This document shows, in pieces, positions 39,950 through 44,316 of a stretch of DNA of 44,316 nt. How positions within the stretch are numbered: position 1 is the stretch's first letter; every line of letters begins with the position of its first letter. This stretch comes from Trichosphaerium sp. ATCC 40318 (Eukaryota > Protista > Tubulinea). The notes beneath the pieces were generated by a model, which worked only from the letters and a program-made list of their open reading frames with translations, did no database searches and had not been told where the DNA came from. The DNA lies in NCBI GenBank assembly GCA_038496445.1, contig JALMLS010000073.1, positions 1 through 44,316 on the forward strand, given 5' to 3'. Made by a program: the position numbers and the translations under genes.

Positions 39950-42340
39950 TTACAGTTCTTTATTTGTTGCTATAGCACTGAACATAATAACTTGTGATTT
40001 AGGAAGAGTAACAATATTTTCTTGATTGTATTTGAGACATATTTTATGACAGAACATGTATCCAAACTCATAAGGCATAACACCATCAGATAAGTAATTC
40101 TTTTTCTAATAAAATCTCATATTAGGTGGTTTGGTTTTCTTATTTTTTTCTTGTGATACGTACACGTGTAACCAAAGGTACTTTTCCTCCTCTATGGATA
40201 AGACATTCTGAGTGCCACGCAATGTTTGCCCTTTTATACCCCTCACTTACTCTCCTGTTGATAAAAAGATCATCAGCTTTATTTTGAAAAAAAAAGTTGT
40301 TTCGTCCATTGGACGCCTCATGTTTGAACGAGTTTTGAAGTCTTTTCATATCATCTAAAATAAAAGTACTACACGTACGGATGCGGTTCAATATATTCTA
40401 TGTAAGATGCATAGCTTAGATCATCTTTAATTGCCAATACATTAACGTCATGACAATTTCCATTAACATCTACAGAAATCGTTGTATCAACATCTTTACT
40501 ACCTGACTTGCTGTTAGTACTAACTCTTACAATTTTTAACCCTACCTGCAAGGAAGAGCAAATACTTATACCCCTTAGGCACTTTAATATCAAGTTTTTC
40601 GTCTAAACTTAAGCCTTGACAACCATCACTTTCAGTAATAGGAAAAGTAAAAGACAAGTATTTGATTTCTTCTGGGAACTTATGTTTAGGAAAAGCCCAT
40701 AACTCATCATTAAAGGAACCTAAGTGAAACAGCATCAATACAAGGCATCTTTGGCTCTTTTTGGTATAGTACGTACCTTCTGGAGCTACGACATTAATGT
40801 TCTTTTTGAGATCAATTACTAAGTCTGTGGCAGAATCTTGTTCTTGTTCACTGTCAGGTGATTTTATTGTTAACCCAAATGTAAGCATTTGATAAGGTCG
40901 TATGGACTGTATTTCTAAGGTTTCATCGCTCACTGTAATATCTTTAATCTCATGCTCTTCTCCATCCATCTCAACTGCCTCAACAACACCATCTAATACA
41001 AATACCTTGACATTTGAATGTGTTTCACCATATAACTCCTAAATAAAGTTCAATCAAACTCCAGCTAAAGAACTAGTTTTTAGATACCTGTAGCCGTATT
41101 ACAATTTTATCAGAGCGTTCTGCTTTCTTTAATGCACGTATAACAACACGATCAGTAGACAGAGAAGCAATATTAATCGTTTCATTAAGAACACAATCTT
41201 TTGAGACATGTGTTATTAAAGGTTGATTGAAGCACTGACAAATCCTTGGTACGTTGCCCTGAGCGTGGAATAAAAATCAATACAATTACACAATGTATAT
41301 ACTACCTCTTTCCAGTCTCCTTTGTGACCACCAATGATAAATTTGAAAGCATTATGCCCGACATCTTGGAACACTGAGTTCTGCTTAAATCCATTTCTTC
41401 GGATTTTTGCATTTGGAGAATGTATAAGAGTCATGCGAAGCGTATTGTCATTAGGCTTATCAAAACCGTATTTAGAGTCTGAAGAAATAAAAGACCCTAA
41501 AGTTTGGCATAAAAAGTTAGAACGAACAAAGAAAACAGACAGTATGTGCAAGTTGGGAAAAGAACGCACCAAAGTTTGCTTTTTTATCTGTTAAGTCCAC
41601 CCACAACTGAGCAGGTACTTCATAATGTGGTATTTCTTCTATTGAGAAATCATTATTTCCCCTCTGAATTGTACCACAACCTTAACAACAATAAGAAAAA
41701 CCCAGTGTTTGAACAATCAAACAACAATTAACTGTACCCAGATCATAAGTTGCAAGATTATTTGATGCAGTGCATGGAAAAGCGACTTTCAAGAGTGTAT
41801 CAGGGCACTGCCAATCAATAACGTTATCAACATGCACATAAGATACAGAATCACCCATTTTAAACAAAGAAATGGTATGCTTCATTGTAGTAATCTTATC
41901 TTTAATAGAAAGTTTCCTTTCAACAACCAAAGACACTGATAAATTACTCTCATGCTTACTTCAGTTTAAAAATAAATTAGCTTAATTTGACATGTGGCCA
42001 CGCACGTGATATTTTCACATTGATCTATAATGAGATATGGATCCGTCTCGACATCTACCGTCGAAGTTATGAAGAAGATCTTTGAGTTTTGGTTCGTTTG
42101 TACCTTCAGGTAGTATTTCCCATTCAGGCCACATTGGGTAGTTCCTACGGTGCTCATCGTCTAAATCGCTATTGTATAGACACTGGAATACTATAGGACT
42201 TCTCAAGAGTTCTTTATCAAGAGCTTTATCGAAAACACTGATAATGTTACCATTATCATTAACTACCACTTTGTATCTTTTGTTTTCAATTTCGTTGTTT
42301 TTTATCACCACCAGACTTTATGTTTTTCTTTTGAAAGCAT
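39950..42340 (-). CDS. GH38 alpha-mannosidase C-terminal beta-sandwich portion only (no catalytic domain)
   Basis: IENKRYKVVVNDNGNIISVFDK, WPEWEI, VDNVIDWQCPDTLLKVAFP..ATYDLG, YEVPAQLWVDL, DSKYGFDKPNDNTLRMTLIHSP, QDVGHN.F, ALKKAERSDKIVIRLQELYG, PYQMLTF. The ATG at 42340 is one base out of frame. Confidence 0.8.
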
Positions 42341-43664
42341 GACGTGGTTACAAAAAAATCTAAAAACGTTTTTTTGTTTTTTCGATTGAATGGATTTTTT
42401 TTTTGTCAGACAGCGATATAATCGCTGGACGCGCATTATTTTGAGCGTCAAAAAGTAATTATAAAATAAACACGTGAAAAAGTATACCGGGCTTACTTTA
42501 GCATAGGTGTAGAGCAGCTGCTGAATTTTTTCGATCTATTTGAAGTGTAGCCATAAGCTGGGCAAGCTTTTTTGCATGCTCCACCAAGAACTAATAATTT
42601 TGTTAGCACCGCTTTAGGTAGTTTCGAAAAGCAAAACTTTTTTTTTTTCTTTTTCATTTAGGTCTTTGTAGTTTGGTAAAACGCTGTTTGGGTTTAATAC
42701 CTCGTGGTTGTCAGCATAACGGACTTCCTCTTTAAGCTCTTCAAATCGCGTTCGTAGCTCGCTTATCCATCTACCAAGTAGCTGCTTTATACCACTAAGC
42801 TTTTGGAGATCTTGCGGGTTGGACTGCTCATGTTGCTCACCACATCAATTTCAACTGAATTACAAAAAAAGTGCAGTTTTCGCAAATAAGTGTCACTAGC
42901 GCTACCCAAAAAACTCCTTGTACGTCTTTGCTAAGTTGAAAGAGTAGACACAAGATCAATTAATAATGGGTACTTCAGATCTTAATCTCCTTACTTTACA
43001 GCACCGGCAGCAAGTACGCAAACGCGACTATACAACTTTCTAAACGCGCACGTGATATTTGAAGCCAAAACAAAAAATTACGTAGCAATTTGTTTTACTG
43101 GTTACTAAACAACGCTGTAAATCACAAAGTAGTATAAAAATGGCCCGGTTAGTTTTAACCGCCAGTGTATTTGTTCAAAAATAGCATCAGATACAATTAA
43201 AGCGCCCCGCAAGTGTTATACCGCGCTTGAGGCTCTATCTATTTATGAAAATTATCACGTGAAAAAAAGTGAAGGCTTCTGTATTTAATACCTAATAAAA
43301 CAGCTATCAGATGAGCTTTTCCCATGATGTAGTCTAGTCACAATATGTAATCAAACGCCACACCACGTGTAAAAAATCCTTTGATACTCCACTAGCAAAT
43401 AGTTTTGCAATGTTATGTTGATAAGTGCGTAGTCATTTCACGTCAGTACTGTTTGGTTAGACATTGTCTTGCTTTCGAAGTCAATCAATTCTGGAATACT
43501 TGTCTTTTATGGCAAATATTTTCTGTATATAATTCAAGCTTGGTTAGAGTCTCTAGCTAAAGGTTCATTTGGTGGACTAAAGGAAAGCAGAAAATTCAAC
43601 AAAAGACTTTGGTATGAAAAGTCTCTGAAACCTCTTCTCCTTGCGTTGACACAACTAATACATC

Positions 43665-43895
43665 ATGGCGGGTAACGCAGTAGTAATAAAAATGGTAATA
43701 AACGAAAAGTTCGAGAGAAGTGTCTATGTCAACTTCAAACTTCTCAGTGGAAGCAGATCTGATGTTCATTACGTTCTCTCTGATTGGACTTCAAAAGGTT
43801 ATGAAATTAAAACACACCAAGTTGTATTAGGCGGACAGGCCGATTCTTCTGCAGCAGAAACACATTACTGGACGCTTCAAAAGACGAGGAGGTAA
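43665..43895 (+). CDS. Hypothetical 76-aa ORF
   Basis: ATG-started open frame with globular-looking composition. No recognisable family. Confidence 0.3.
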   Translation: MAGNAVVIKMVINEKFERSVYVNFKLLSGSRSDVHYVLSDWTSKGYEIKTHQVVLGGQADSSAAETHYWTLQKTRR

Positions 43896-44123
43896 AGAAT
43901 AATAGCACAAATGTAGCGTATAATCTCAATGAGAAAAATAAACATCACGTGACCGCACGCCTTGAAACAGTATTTGCTTATTTCATTTAAAGTCTTTACA
44001 CTAAAGTCATGTGCAAATTAGCCAAGTCTCTGCCAGTCATGTGCCGATCGGCAACTTTTCAAATAATATCAAGTTAAAATAAAACCGTTGGAATCTACTA
44101 TGTAGAAAACAGTCTGTTAGATA

Positions 44124-44316
44124 ATGGGTAATGCCAATAACGCTGAAAACAAGATTTATTTTGTAGCAACAGCTCATTTAGACACACAATGGTTATGGAC
44201 CATTCAAGTACGCTTTTGACATTAGATAGAGTGTTTTAAACGCGTATAGGATACCATAGCGTGTTTTCTACCTGATACAGTTGAAAAGAATGTCGCGTTA
44301 ATGGACAGAGACAACA
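44124..44316 (+). CDS. GH38 alpha-mannosidase N-terminal catalytic domain (start; runs off window)
   Basis: MGNANNAENKIYFVATAHLDTQWLWTIQ|DTIACFLPDTVEKNVALMD contains the Zn-binding HxDxxW motif. Intron GTACGC..TAG. No signal peptide. Confidence 0.85.

Noticed and set aside
42411-42427. CAGCGAT-ATA-ATCGCTG hairpin upstream of the GH38 C-terminal part
   Set aside because: A 7-bp stem is expected by chance in 44 kb.
42495-42860. Minus-strand coiled-coil-like exons (..ELRTRFEELKEEV..|FLVEHAKKL..) as the missing 5' part of GH38
   Set aside because: No GH38 similarity, and they end in their own stop codon. No clear start was found.

Overview
AT-rich, gene-dense eukaryotic nuclear DNA with many short (~40-150 nt) GT-AG introns, often with GTACGT-type donors. 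It uses the standard genetic code. A free-living amoeba-like protist is likely, but this is inference. The ORF track fragments most genes, so I reassembled the spliced models by hand and internal exon boundaries are approximate. In order, the window holds: the 3' part of a degenerate V-ATPase subunit A paralogue; an Atg22-type MFS transporter; a 65-aa survivin/Bir1-helix-like protein; a ~70-aa repeat protein; a GH2 exo-beta-glucosaminidase; an F-box protein; a CH-domain/coiled-coil protein; two tandem GPI-type surface-protein paralogues separated by a ~1.96-kb TIR-bounded element; a C-type lectin; a C2-domain-Rab GTPase fusion; YchF; Snf7/CHMP4; a small EF-hand protein; two F-box-like/MORN-variant repeat genes; and a GH38 alpha-mannosidase whose C-terminal part (minus strand) and N-terminal part (plus strand) point away from each other. 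The most notable items are the C2-Rab fusion, the apparently split GH38, the pseudo-catalytic V-ATPase A, the F-box/MORN-variant pair and the TIR element.
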